64,000 nucleotides of DNA, taken from Alphaproteobacteria bacterium (GTDB taxonomy: Bacteria > Pseudomonadota > Alphaproteobacteria > UBA828). The notes beneath the pieces are model-generated. The model was not told the origin of the DNA. It searched no databases and worked only from the letters and a program-made list of their open reading frames with translations. Positions within the stretch are counted from its first letter, which is position 1. Every line of letters begins with the position of its first letter. Positions 47,699 through 57,369 of the stretch are shown here, one piece after another. The stretch lies in the NCBI GenBank assembly GCA_965214705.1, contig CBDCCI010000002.1:320001-384000 (forward strand), in the 5' to 3' direction. The position numbers were made by a program, and so were the translations under genes.

Positions 47699-49296
47699 GA
47701 GGGATCACCCCGGTACAGGGGAACTCCCTGGTACAGAGCAGCTCCCCGGTCCAGCTCGACTCCCTGCACCTCGGAAATGCCCAGAGGCGCGCCGATATCT
47801 GCCGCGATCAGAAGCACGCGCTCCTCCCGCACCAGCCGCGCGCTGCGGCCGCCGAGCGGCACCGGCAGGTCCGCGTCGATGCTGCCCTCACGGCTCGACA
47901 CCGCGCCCCGGTCGCTGAACCCCGTCACCATCAGGGTCTCGCCGCGGCCGATCTTCCTGGTCACCTGCACCGCGCGCCCGCCGTAGGCCGGAAGCTGGAT
48001 GGTGTGACCGTCCGTGGTGAAGGTGGTGAAGCGCGGCCGGTCCCTGAGACTCGCGCTCAGGCGCACCAGGACCTCGTCGGGGCCGGTGATGCGCGCTAGG
48101 TAGGAGAGCGCGAACCCCGAGGACACGGTGCCGGGCACCAGCTCTGTCTGCGCGACACCCTCGCCGGCCGTGGTCCTGAGCTCCTTGAGATAGGCCTCGT
48201 TGGTGAGCTCCAGGAACTGCGCGGGCTTGCCGTTGAGAGAGGGGATGTCCGCGCTCAGAACCCTGGACACCGTGCCCGCCCGGCTCAGCGCGCGCACAGC
48301 CGCCGCCAATGCGTCCTCGGCCCCGGTGGGCCGGATCAGCGACACCGTGTCGCCGGCCACCGCGACGCCCACCGACGAGTCCAGAAGCTCCGAGAGCGAG
48401 AGAGCCACGCCATGGTCGGTCTCGCGCTCGAAGCGCACCGCATAGAGGTGCACCGACAGCGTCACCGGGCGCAGCACCTCGCGGTTGAGCCAGCCGAGGT
48501 AGCCGCGCACCCTGCGCACGTCACGAGGCGCGCCGCTCACCGTCACCGACGCGCTCGCCGGCGAGACCGTGACCACGGTCTCCTCAGCCACGAGCCCCGC
48601 GAGCTGGTCTTCGATCTCGGGCCAGGGGTCGTAGACGGTCTCGCTCTCGATGGACTGCGCGGAAAGGCTGGCGGAGCCGTCCTCGCCCGTCTGGTCCTGC
48701 GTGGACGACGAGGCGCCGTGGCGCTCGCTGCCGGCGAGCGCGTTGACTTGGAACACCGCGGTGAGCGAGCGCACGATCTCGATGCGTTCCGTGCGCGAGT
48801 CATACCGCCACTCGTGGCCGGCGGCCTCCACCCAGGCGTCCAGCAGCCGGTCGATCGGTCCGGTCCAGACGGCGCCGTTCGGCACGAGCAGGTCGGTAGC
48901 GGCGAACGAGGCGCCGACATCGCCACGAGCGGCACCGACGAAGCGCACCGGCAATCCGGTAGCGGCCTCGATGCGCGCCGCCAGCACCGCATCTTCATCG
49001 GCGCCCGTCAGCGGCAAGGTCACCGCGTCATCGGCAAGCAAGCGCTGGGGCAGAGTGCCGCGCCGGTCCTCCTCGATCGGTTCAAGCCCCACGTAGGGCC
49101 GCGCGACAGGGCGCACCGTGACGTAGCCGGACCCGGCCGGGGCCGTGCGCGCCGCTGCGGCGTCCCGGGCCACCGCACGCGCCTCTTCGCGCGCATCTTC
49201 AATTGTGCTCAGGCCGCAGCCGGTCAAAGCGAGCAAGGTGGATAGTGCCAGCGCCGAAGGCCGCACGATCCGCAAGTGAGTCCGCGCGCCCATCAC
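47695..49296 (-). CDS. pilN: PilN-like liposecretin
   Basis: LTG-C lipobox; SVTVSGAP, LNGKPA, LVPGTVSSGF, IQLP, GETLMVTGF. Confidence 0.88.
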   Translation of the reverse strand: MMGARTHLRIVRPSALALSTLLALTGCGLSTIEDAREEARAVARDAAAARTAPAGSGYVTVRPVARPYVGLEPIEEDRRGTLPQRLLADDAVTLPLTGADEDAVLAARIEAATGLPVRFVGAARGDVGASFAATDLLVPNGAVWTGPIDRLLDAWVEAAGHEWRYDSRTERIEIVRSLTAVFQVNALAGSERHGASSSTQDQTGEDGSASLSAQSIESETVYDPWPEIEDQLAGLVAEETVVTVSPASASVTVSGAPRDVRRVRGYLGWLNREVLRPVTLSVHLYAVRFERETDHGVALSLSELLDSSVGVAVAGDTVSLIRPTGAEDALAAAVRALSRAGTVSRVLSADIPSLNGKPAQFLELTNEAYLKELRTTAGEGVAQTELVPGTVSSGFALSYLARITGPDEVLVRLSASLRDRPRFTTFTTDGHTIQLPAYGGRAVQVTRKIGRGETLMVTGFSDRGAVSSREGSIDADLPVPLGGRSARLVREERVLLIAADIGAPLGISEVQGVELDRGAALYQGVPLYRGDPS

Positions 49297-50030
49297 TCGC
49301 TCTTCGGAGAGCAGGGGGACTCATCGGTGTCGGGTTCGGGTGGCGGCTTGCCCGGGTCCGAGGTCGAGGAACGCTCCCGGGACGCCAGCCAGGCATTCAC
49401 CTTCGCGCGGGCGTAGAGAACCCGGCCCTTCAGCTTCAGGTATGGGGGACCGCCGCCCTCCAGCCTCCAGCGGCAGAGGGTGCTTTGGCTCCGGCGCAAG
49501 ATCGGCGCAAGCTCGCGCGTGCTCCAATAGAGAGGCTTGGCTCCCGCAGCCGGCGGCGGCTCCTCTGCCGCTGCGGACGAAGCCGCGTCCTCGCCGGAAA
49601 GCTCCTCCGCCCCCGGCCCTTCGCCGGCGGCGGCCTCGATCATGCGCCATTCCTCGGCGGTCGCATTCTTCCTCATCCAGGCGCGCATCCGGTCCACGGT
49701 CTTGAGGCGAGGAGAGGAGCCGTTCTGCAGGCGTTTCACGAAGGAGCGGTTCTGCACCGCCCCCTGGCCCACCGCGCTTGGCTTCGCGCCGGTCACGTTC
49801 AGATAGGCTTCCACCTCTTTCCTGAAGCGCGGCCCGATCAGCTCCATGCCCATGAAGTGGAGAATGCGGTCTGCGGTATCGAGGCGGGGCGTACATTTGC
49901 CCCCCAGCAGGACGCGGACAAAGGAGGGGTTGCCGAAGAGCATGCGTCCCATTCCGGACGGACTGAGCTTGCTCCGGCGTTCGATGAAGGCCTTGACGGC
50001 GTCCTTGAGGTATTGAGCACTATCGGTCAT
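49293..50030 (-). CDS. Regulator with two Cro-like HTH domains and a C-terminal excisionase/AlpA-like HTH
   Basis: Internal repeat (GNPSFV...PRLDTADRI / QNRSFV...PRLKTVDRM); STRELAPIL...TLCRWRLEGGGPPYLKLKGRVLY; ATGA-coupled to pilN. Confidence 0.8.
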   Translation of the reverse strand: MTDSAQYLKDAVKAFIERRSKLSPSGMGRMLFGNPSFVRVLLGGKCTPRLDTADRILHFMGMELIGPRFRKEVEAYLNVTGAKPSAVGQGAVQNRSFVKRLQNGSSPRLKTVDRMRAWMRKNATAEEWRMIEAAAGEGPGAEELSGEDAASSAAAEEPPPAAGAKPLYWSTRELAPILRRSQSTLCRWRLEGGGPPYLKLKGRVLYARAKVNAWLASRERSSTSDPGKPPPEPDTDESPCSPKSE

Positions 50031-50342
50031 GGACCGGAACGTGGCAGGAACGCGTAGAGGAATCAATATGTTTCGGTAGCGGATTGCATACACTCTAACC
50101 ATTCGTGCGCAATCGTGCGCAAATCCGTGAGAAATCGCGCCTTTCCTACAGCCCTTGCGCCCTCCCGAGCGCAAAATTCTGCGCCTCGACCGGCGTGTTC
50201 AGGCGGTTTTGTCGGAAGACAGCGTCAATTCTTGCCTCCCCGTCCGCTATCGGGCCGGCGCACGACGGCCGGCAAGTCGGCCGTCGTCTTGCGGCGCGTT
50301 CGCCGGAATCGGGCCCGCGCCCATCGAGGTCGCGGAGAACAT

Positions 50343-50385
50343 ATAAGGAATATCTACTTGACAGAATGTTATTTTCCCTTATGAC
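50343..50385 (+). promoter_or_regulatory. Sigma70-like promoter and imperfect operator upstream of the repressor
   Basis: TTGACA (50358-50363)-N16-TATGAC, flanked by the imperfect inverted pair ATAAGGAATA / TATTTTCCCTTAT. Confidence 0.55.
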
Positions 50386-50418
50386 ATATACAGTCGCCCG
50401 TGCACTTGAGGACACACT

Positions 50419-51162
50419 ATGACCGACGAACCTAAGGCCCCGGCGCAGTCCGATGCCAGCCGGCTTCTGCAGGACGACCCTGTCAGGAACAGGATCCGCC
50501 ACCTGCTGCGTGAGCGCGACGCGACGATGCGCGAGGCATCCCTCGCCATCGGACGAGGCTCCTCCTACGTGCACCAGTTCCTCGAACGCGGCGTCCCCAA
50601 GGCGCTGAGGTCGCATGACCGCCGTGCGCTCGCCGAATGGCTGCGCTGCGATCCCGAAGAACTGCGCCACGACCATGTGCCCAGGCGCAGGCCCTCCAAG
50701 CCGCGCGCGCCCCGCTTCAAGCCGCCCCAACTTCCCAACGCGCCGGTCTCGGCCGTCCGCGAGATGGCCGTCGACGCCTCCGCCGGCGCCGGCGCGCTCA
50801 ACGAGGACAATGCGGCGGAAGCCGCGCGCTGGTACATGCCCGACGCCATGATCCGCCACGAAGGCCGCGCCGCGCCCGAGAACCTGCGCATCCTCGGCGC
50901 ACGCGGCGATTCCATGGAGCCCCTGTTCGGCGAAGGCGACAGGATCGTGGTCGACGTCTCCCGCCGCGCGCCCGTGACCGGCGAGATGCTCGTGCTCTGG
51001 GACGGCGGCGGCCTCGTGGTCAAGCGGGTCGAGACGCTGCTGCGCTCCCAGCCGCCGTCGCTCCGCCTGCACTCCGCCAATCCCGCCTACGAGCCCTACA
51101 CCTGTCTCGCCGACGAAGCTCACATCGTAGGCAAGGTCCTCTGGGCGATCAGGAAGGTCTGA
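50419..51162 (+). CDS. CI/LexA-like repressor with S24 autopeptidase domain
   Basis: N-terminal HTH, ASAGAG cleavage site, GDSMEP (Ser), VVKRV (Lys), IVGKV. Confidence 0.92.
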   Translation: MTDEPKAPAQSDASRLLQDDPVRNRIRHLLRERDATMREASLAIGRGSSYVHQFLERGVPKALRSHDRRALAEWLRCDPEELRHDHVPRRRPSKPRAPRFKPPQLPNAPVSAVREMAVDASAGAGALNEDNAAEAARWYMPDAMIRHEGRAAPENLRILGARGDSMEPLFGEGDRIVVDVSRRAPVTGEMLVLWDGGGLVVKRVETLLRSQPPSLRLHSANPAYEPYTCLADEAHIVGKVLWAIRKV

Positions 51163-51263
51163 ACGGAACGACGCGCCGGCACGCGCGATCCTGCGCGGCC
51201 CTCTTCAGGCAGCGCGGGATGCCGAGGCTCACGTCCCGGGTGAGGCGTCCGAGTAGGTCCGTA

Positions 51264-53289
51264 GTGTGTGCTGGGCAGCGCCCAGATCAGGTGGGTTCAA
51301 GTCCCACTGGCGCTCGGGTAAGGGGCGCCATATCCAAAAGTGGGGGTAATTCCTCACTGGCCGGAGTGAGCCGATAAGCGAAACTCTAAACGGGCACGAA
51401 GCCGGAAACGGCGGAGACAGCCAAGGGAGGAGCTAAGTTGGTCCACTGTCGAAAGACAACCGGAAGGCAGGGTGTCCACCGCGAGGTGGAATCTGAAGGG
51501 CTTGCGGAGAAGTACCGGGCCGTAATCGAGGGGGCCACCCCATGATGAATCGGTCGGCCAAAGACGGGGCAAGGTCGAGCCGGCACTATGGCGGCGAAGG
51601 CGTTCTTACCCACCCGTCGCACCAAGGTGTTTGCGAGCGGCACGGTACGGAAGATCTGGACGTGACCCCAGGAGGGCTCGCCGCGTTCCCGGGTGGCACC
51701 GGGATAACGGACCCTATAAGCCGAAAGGCGAAATGGGAAAGGATGCGCGGCGAGCAATCGGACAACCGAATAGTACCTGAAGCCCGGCGAAAGCCGGGTG
51801 ACCGCGCGAGCGGCGGCCGTGTGGGCCGGGGAAGGCGGTTGGCAGAGGTGGTCGGCGAGAGACAGCGATGAGTGAGTAAGGACCATGACGCGGACAAGTT
51901 CCTTGAGCGAAAGACCCGGACATCATGGCCCGAGGAGACTCATCGACTGGATCAACCCGGCGGGTGACAGGAAGGTCCACTCACTGGTGGACAAGGTGTA
52001 CAAGCGGAAGAACCTTGAGGTGGCCTGGGAAAAGGTGAAGCGCAACCGGGGTGCCGGTGGCGTGGACGGAGAGGATTTAGCGGCGTTCGAGGCATCGCTG
52101 GATGCAAATCTCGATCGCCTGCACCGGGAGTTGCGGGACGGTGAGTATCACCCGCAGCCGGTTCTCCAATGCCTGATCCCCAAGGCGGGCCAGCCGGGGA
52201 AGTTCCGCCCGCTCGGCATCCCGACAATCTACGACCGGGTGTGCCAGCAGGCGCTGCTGAACCGGCTGGAACCGATCTTCGAGCCGGTGTTCGACGATGC
52301 CAACTACGGGTACCGGCAAGGAAGGTCTGCCCATGGAGCGTTACGCAAGATATGGAGGGAACTGGACGAGGGCAACGAGTGGGTTCTCGATGCGGATTTG
52401 AAAGACTTTTTCGGGTCCGTGGACCACGAAAAGCTCCTCGAACTCGTCAACCAGCGAGTCTCGGATGGCCGGGTATTAGGTCTGCTCAGGCAGATGCTCA
52501 CGGCCGGGGTGGTGGCCGACGGTAAGAGGCTGCCGACCGAACAGGGCACTCCGCAGGGCGGCATCGTTTCACCGCTGCTCAGCAATATCTTGCTGACCCC
52601 GTTCGATTGGGAAATGCGTCGTCGCGGCTATCGACTAACGCGATACGCCGATGATTGGCTGATCACGTGCCGCACACGCGGGGAAGCCCGCGCAGCACTG
52701 GAGACGGCCAGGCGGATTCTGGCAAAGCTGGGTGTGTCCCTCAACGCCGGGAAGACCCGCATTGTCCATGTCAGGCACGGGTTTGAGTTCCTCGGCTACA
52801 AGATCAAGCAGGGCGAGCGGCCTCTCCGGCTGTCGTCCTCCAAGATCAAGAGCGGGGTTCGCGGGGGAGCGCGCTACGCGGTTCCGCGTGAGAAATCCAT
52901 CCGGCACTTCAAGGACCAGATTCGCCAGCGTACCCGGCGCAAGGCTCCTGTCAGCACGCAGGAGCTGATTGACGAGATCAACCCGATCATTCGGGGATGG
53001 GGCCAATACTATTGCAAGGCCCACGTCCGCGGGCTCTTCCACCAGCTTGACGGCTGGATCGTGCGGCGGCTCTGGTCGCATCGTCGCAAGCGCTGGCGCA
53101 ACGCTGGCTGGAAACAGTTGCCGGAGCGCAAGCTGATCGACGAATACGGGCTTGTTCGCCTGATCTCACTGGTTCCGTCCTTGAACCTTCGTTGAGACAC
53201 CTTTGTGAAAGCGGCTTACGGGAAAACCGTACGGGCCGTTTGAGCGGCGGACGGAGGCTAGCCTCGCGGGGCGCCTCCTCCGACCCGAC
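51264..53289 (+). mobile_element. Group II intron (apparently full length)
   Basis: 5' GTGTG; ACGGACC (~51707) complementary to the 5' exon GGTCCGT; domain V/VI GAAAGCGGCTTACGGGAAAACCGTACGGGCCGTTTG...CGACCCGAC after the ORF; 5' end uncertain by a few nt. Confidence 0.85.
51885..53195 (+). CDS. ltrA: Group II intron reverse transcriptase/maturase, no endonuclease domain
   Basis: GAGGVDG, RPLGIPTIYDR, DADLKDFF, GTPQGGIVSPLLSNI, RYADD, FLGY, INPIIRGWGQYY. Confidence 0.96.
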   Translation: MTRTSSLSERPGHHGPRRLIDWINPAGDRKVHSLVDKVYKRKNLEVAWEKVKRNRGAGGVDGEDLAAFEASLDANLDRLHRELRDGEYHPQPVLQCLIPKAGQPGKFRPLGIPTIYDRVCQQALLNRLEPIFEPVFDDANYGYRQGRSAHGALRKIWRELDEGNEWVLDADLKDFFGSVDHEKLLELVNQRVSDGRVLGLLRQMLTAGVVADGKRLPTEQGTPQGGIVSPLLSNILLTPFDWEMRRRGYRLTRYADDWLITCRTRGEARAALETARRILAKLGVSLNAGKTRIVHVRHGFEFLGYKIKQGERPLRLSSSKIKSGVRGGARYAVPREKSIRHFKDQIRQRTRRKAPVSTQELIDEINPIIRGWGQYYCKAHVRGLFHQLDGWIVRRLWSHRRKRWRNAGWKQLPERKLIDEYGLVRLISLVPSLNLR

Positions 53290-53417
53290 ACCCGCCACCT
53301 CGGCCTTTACCGCAAGATTGAGCGTGCGCCCGGTAATTGATGCCGCGGTTTGCGGATTATTCGATGCTCGAGATGCTGCGCTCGGTTAATGCACCGGAGC
53401 CGTGAGAGGCTGGGCTT

Positions 53418-54461
53418 TCATCGAGCACGCATCAGCATCTCATTCCAGTCCTTGGCGCCGCAGGGTCGCATCCTGATCACTCTCGGATCGTTGACGGCGA
53501 GCCGATGGGCGGCGCCGTCACCGGCCTTGTCGGCGTCGTAGGCACAGATGATGCGGCGGGGCTTCCACGCCTCGATCCAGGGCGGGACCGTTCTGGCGAT
53601 ACCGGCGGCTGAGGCGACGACGGCGCCGTGCTCGCCGGTCCCCTCGATGCGCAGGCTTCGAGCGGAGATGGCGTCGACGGCGCTCTCGGTGGGCATGACC
53701 AGTGCGGGCTAGTGTCATGTCACACATGGTATGTCGCATAGAATGTGGTAGCTTTCTCGTCGTGCGAGAACGACGAGGGCGCCGGCATGAAGCGATACGT
53801 GGTGACGTTGCAGCAGCGGGAGCGGGAAGAGCTTGCGGGAATCACGCGCAAGGGGTCCCACCGGTCGCAGAAGGTGCTCAACGCCTTGATCCTGCTCAAC
53901 TGCGACGAGGGCGAGTTCAACGAGCGCCGAGCGCACGGGGAGGCCATAGCCGAGATCTTACGCATCAGCGTGCGCAAGGTGGACCGGGTCAAGAAGCGCT
54001 TCGTGGAGGAAGGGCTGGAGGCGGCCCTCGGCGGCCGACAAGGACGCCGGCCATCGTATGTCCGCAAGGCGGACGGCGAGTTCGAGGCGCGCCTGGTGGC
54101 CTTGAGTTGCGCCGAGCCGCCGGAGGGCCACGCGCAGTGGTCGTTGCGGCTGCTGGCCGACCGGGCGGTGGAGCTCGGCCACATCGACAGCGTGTCGCAC
54201 GAGACCGTGCGCCGTGTTCTAAAAAAAACGAGATCAAGCTGTGGAAGCGGGTCGGGTGGGTGATCCCACCGCAACGCAACGCGGATTTCGCGGCCGCGAT
54301 GGAGAAGGTGCTCGATGTTTATGCCGTCCCTTCAACCCGGCCTTTCCGGTGGTGTCTTGAAGCGCGCTCGGTCGGCAGGGTCTTTTCGATAGCCGAGGGA
54401 AGCGGCGACCCGGTCGAGGGGGGGTGTTGCGGCAGGTGGCGAGGGGATCGCCGCCGCTCAT
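53418..54461 (-). pseudogene. DUF3991/Toprim primase-like gene, disrupted and internally deleted at the IS630 fragment
   Basis: C-terminal TESAVDA...CAYDADKAGD...KDWNE (53418-53709); frameshifted N-terminal LDRVAASLGYRKDPADRAR (~54358-54461). Confidence 0.65.
53710..54357 (+). mobile_element. IS630-family element, 3'-truncated
   Basis: Starts at TA; ORF A from ATG 53787 (MKRYVVTL...WSLRLLA...SHETVRRVLKK); A8C slippery site at 54221; -1 frame gives NEIKLW...FAAAMEKVLDVY and then breaks off. Confidence 0.85.
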
Positions 54462-54553
54462 TGTCCCGGCGAAGGTCTACTTGGAAGGGAGGCTCGCGGC
54501 GTTCCCGTTCCCGTACCCATCAACGCTTAAGGGTGCCGGGGAACGGGAACGCT

Positions 54554-54895
54554 TCATCCTGCGCTTCCGTTGGTGGCGGCAGGGGACTGCGGCTCCCGGT
54601 TCGCCTCGGCGGCTGCGAGGCGGTAGCGGCCCTTGGCCGCCCGCTCGATGCGCCCCTCCTGGGCGAGCTTCTCGATGGCGGCAACGACGCTTGCGTTGCG
54701 GGCAGCGGCGCGTGAGCGGATCTGGGCTTTCGAGAGGGGCTTTTCGGCCTGTGCGATCGCCTTGACGATGCGCTGCTCGACGGAGACGCGTTCCGGCCTG
54801 TCTTCGTCAGCCGCTTTCCGGTGCAGCCGGAACGCCGGTCCATATCCATCATCGTCGAGCTCCAGCTCGATGTCGTTGAGGCCCCAGGCGTGGGA
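54554..54895 (-). pseudogene. C-terminal remnant of an AAA/RepA-like ATPase with winged-helix tail
   Basis: Manual translation LNDIELELDDDGYGPAFRL...RIVKAIAQAEKPLSKAQIRSRAAARNASVVAAIEKLAQEGRIER; followed by a CGTTCCCGTTCCCG...CGGGGAACGGGAACG inverted repeat. Confidence 0.5.
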
Positions 54896-55167
54896 TCGAG
54901 ACGGGACTCGCGGCGACGCACTCCGAAGTCATCCGGCGGCCCCGCCATGCCGATCCGATTCTCGAGGACTTCCGCACGCAAACGGCCGGGCCGAGGTTCG
55001 GCTTGAAGACGGTTCTTGTGGGCCTGATCGTCCTGGTCTTCGGCATGCTGCTCGAGAGCCACATACATCTGCTCTACCGATGGCAGTGAGCCCGTCGAGC
55101 CTGCGGCGTTCAGCCTCCCTGCCCCTTGCGCGCACCGGCGCGGCCATAGTAATCGGGGTCTGAGCCG

Positions 55168-56325
55168 ATGGTAGCCACGGTTGTAGAGCTTCGCTCGTCC
55201 GCCATGGCGGTGACCTACTACGAGCGAGACGGCTACTACGCAAAGAACGATCCCGAGCACCGCCAGGCGAGTTTTTGGTACGGGGACGCGGCGAAGGCGC
55301 TGGGGCTCAAGGCCCATGTGCGCCCCTCGCGCTTCGAATCGGTGCTGTCTCATCCTGTTTGTCGCGCCGCACCTGCGTCTCGGCCGGATGCGCGAGGGGG
55401 AGCACGATCACCGGCCCGGCTGGGACATAACCCTGTCCGCGCCGAAGTCGGTATCGTTGGAGGCGCTGGTGATGGGCGACCGCCGGGTGATCCGGGCTCA
55501 CGACGAGGCAGTGCGGGCGACGCTGAAGTTCGTGGAGGCAGAGCTTCTGCAGACCCGGGGCTGGGACCCCACGACCAAGCGCCGTCCCCGGGTGAAGGCG
55601 GAGGGCGTGGTGGTGGCGGGTGGGGTTCCGGCATCTGGCGAGCCGCGACCAGGACCCGCAGCTGCACACCCACTGCGTGCTGGCCAACATGACGCGCAAT
55701 GCGTCCGGGGAATGGCGGAGCGCGGAGCCGACGAAGATCCGGCGCAGCGAGAAGCTGATCGGGGCGTATTACCGGAACGAACTCGCGCTGCGTCTTCAGG
55801 CGCTCGGCATGGCCGTCTCGCCGACCTTGGTGGGACGGGTGCCGGGGTTCGAGCTTGCGGGCTACGACCGCGCCTTCCTGGACGCGTTCTCGGGCAGGCG
55901 CCGCGAGATTCTTGCGTACCTGGAGCAAAAGGACCTGTCATACACGGCGAAGCACACGCAGATGGCGGCGCTGCACACGCGCCGGCGCAGGGAAGACAAG
56001 GGCCTCGCGGACCTGGTGCCGAAATGGCGCGCGCGGGCGCGGGCACTGGGGTTGGTCCGGGAGAAGACGGCCCTCGCGCCGTCCCGGCCGCTCGATCCGG
56101 TGACCGGCGAGCGGGTGACAATGCCGCGCGTGCCCGCGCCGGACCTGCCGCCCCACGAAATCCGCAGCCTGAAGCGCGCGCCGGCGCTGCCGGCGCTGCC
56201 GAGGCGGTCCCGCGACGGCGTTGCCGCGTCGGCGGGGTGAATCCCACGCCCCCTCCCGCTATCCGGCGCCGACGGAGCTGTCGCAGGAGCCCGAGCGGGG
56301 CGTCCTGGAGGCGGTGCAGTGCACG
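55168..56325 (+). pseudogene. Second MOBF relaxase, frameshifted and truncated
   Basis: TYYERDGYY, DITLSAPKSVS and FRHLASRDQDPQLHTHCVLAN fall in three different ORFs; helicase part absent. Confidence 0.9.
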
Positions 56326-57369
56326 CTGCAGGGCGATGCCGTCAAGGCGGGGCGCCGTTCCCAGGCAAGAACCTGCCCGTGGTGGGGAAGCTTCTCGGAC
56401 AGCCCAGGTACGAGGCAGATGTAACATCACCAGGGGAAGGCAGCGTTCACGCGCCGATGCAGCACAGGGAAGACTTATTTCAGTTACTGTGCTGTATCAG
56501 AGCCTTCGGCGTCCTCATATCTCCTCCTTCAGTACAGTACGCTGGTACGCTATAGCAGTTCTGAATGTGGTCCGTTTGCCGCCCATTCGCTATGCTCTTT
56601 CAAATCAGCTTTGGAGAGAGATCGTGGGAAACACCGTTGAACCACTGCTCAATGGCGAATTGGCGACGATCCTTCGCGAACGGGGTTTCGACACGTCCGC
56701 GGCTGAACAGAGCTTGAGGGACGCCACAGGACGCCGACACCAAATCGACGTCCTAGTAGATCTTGACGACCGCATTGTCGCTATAGAAGCTGAGTTCTCT
56801 CCTGCCCACACTCTGCGAAAGGACTCCACAAAGCGACTCCCGTCAACACCACTTCGCTGGCGAGGCATCCCTATTGAGTCCGTGTTCGAAGTAATCTACC
56901 CAAACATATTGCAGCGAATGAGCGAGCCAGAGGCCCGCAAGGCACTACGAAAATGCAAGGTCACCTTTCAAGAAGTCGCAAGGAACGCCGACGGCAAGCT
57001 ACTTTTGGGAATCAAACAAGAAGGAACTGTGGCCGCCCTTGCAGAAACACTTCACGCTTATTGGATCCAGCATGCGAGTGTATCATCTGTGGAAGACGCA
57101 GTAAATCAAGCTTCACTCGCTATTGAAGAAGCGGTTCAGTCCTTAGAGCGCGTTCCGACAATCCAGTCGCCGGAGGGAGAGCAAACGTTAGCAGCAATGG
57201 CTTTGGTCTGGCTCAACGCACTGCTGTTCCACGAACTACTTGCGGCGAATCTAAACCAAGACGCTCTCCCGGCCGTGCACCGACATCGCACAATCACATC
57301 GCCGGGTTATGACGATTCGCCTGACACGCTGCAACGACAATGGGGAGAAATACTCGAGATCAATTGGTG

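Larger units (their letters stand above)
20521..47754. repeat. Dispersed intragenic 18-bp repeat family A, consensus GGGGAACTCCCTGGTACA
   Basis: Copies at ~20521-20575, 21905-21975, 23518-23536, 25153-25171, 29569-29602, 30781-30800, 32113-32148, 34674-34737, 35271-35306, 36583-36620, 43933-43954, 45926-45943, 46940-46959, 47700-47754. Confidence 0.9.

Noticed and set aside
20521-47754. 18-bp repeats as CRISPR array or shufflon sfx sites
   Set aside because: No unique spacers, units are too short and directly tandem, no cas genes; not arranged around invertible pilV cassettes and no Rci.
12277-49245. Many long plus-strand ORFs (e.g. 12277-15537, 15236-17788, 31676-33901, 40532-42784) and alternate-frame minus ORFs
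   Set aside because: Antisense or off-frame shadows of motif-bearing genes in very GC-rich DNA; Arg/Pro/Ala-rich with no recognisable motifs.
51285-51312. tRNA T-loop-like GGTTCAAGTCCC (and a similar motif near 63320 on the minus strand)
   Set aside because: No cloverleaf or acceptor stem; both lie within group II intron domain I.
51885-53195. RT as DGR, retron or defence RT
   Set aside because: YADD, PQGG, maturase X domain and downstream domain V/VI identify a group II intron; no TR/VR pair or msr-msd.
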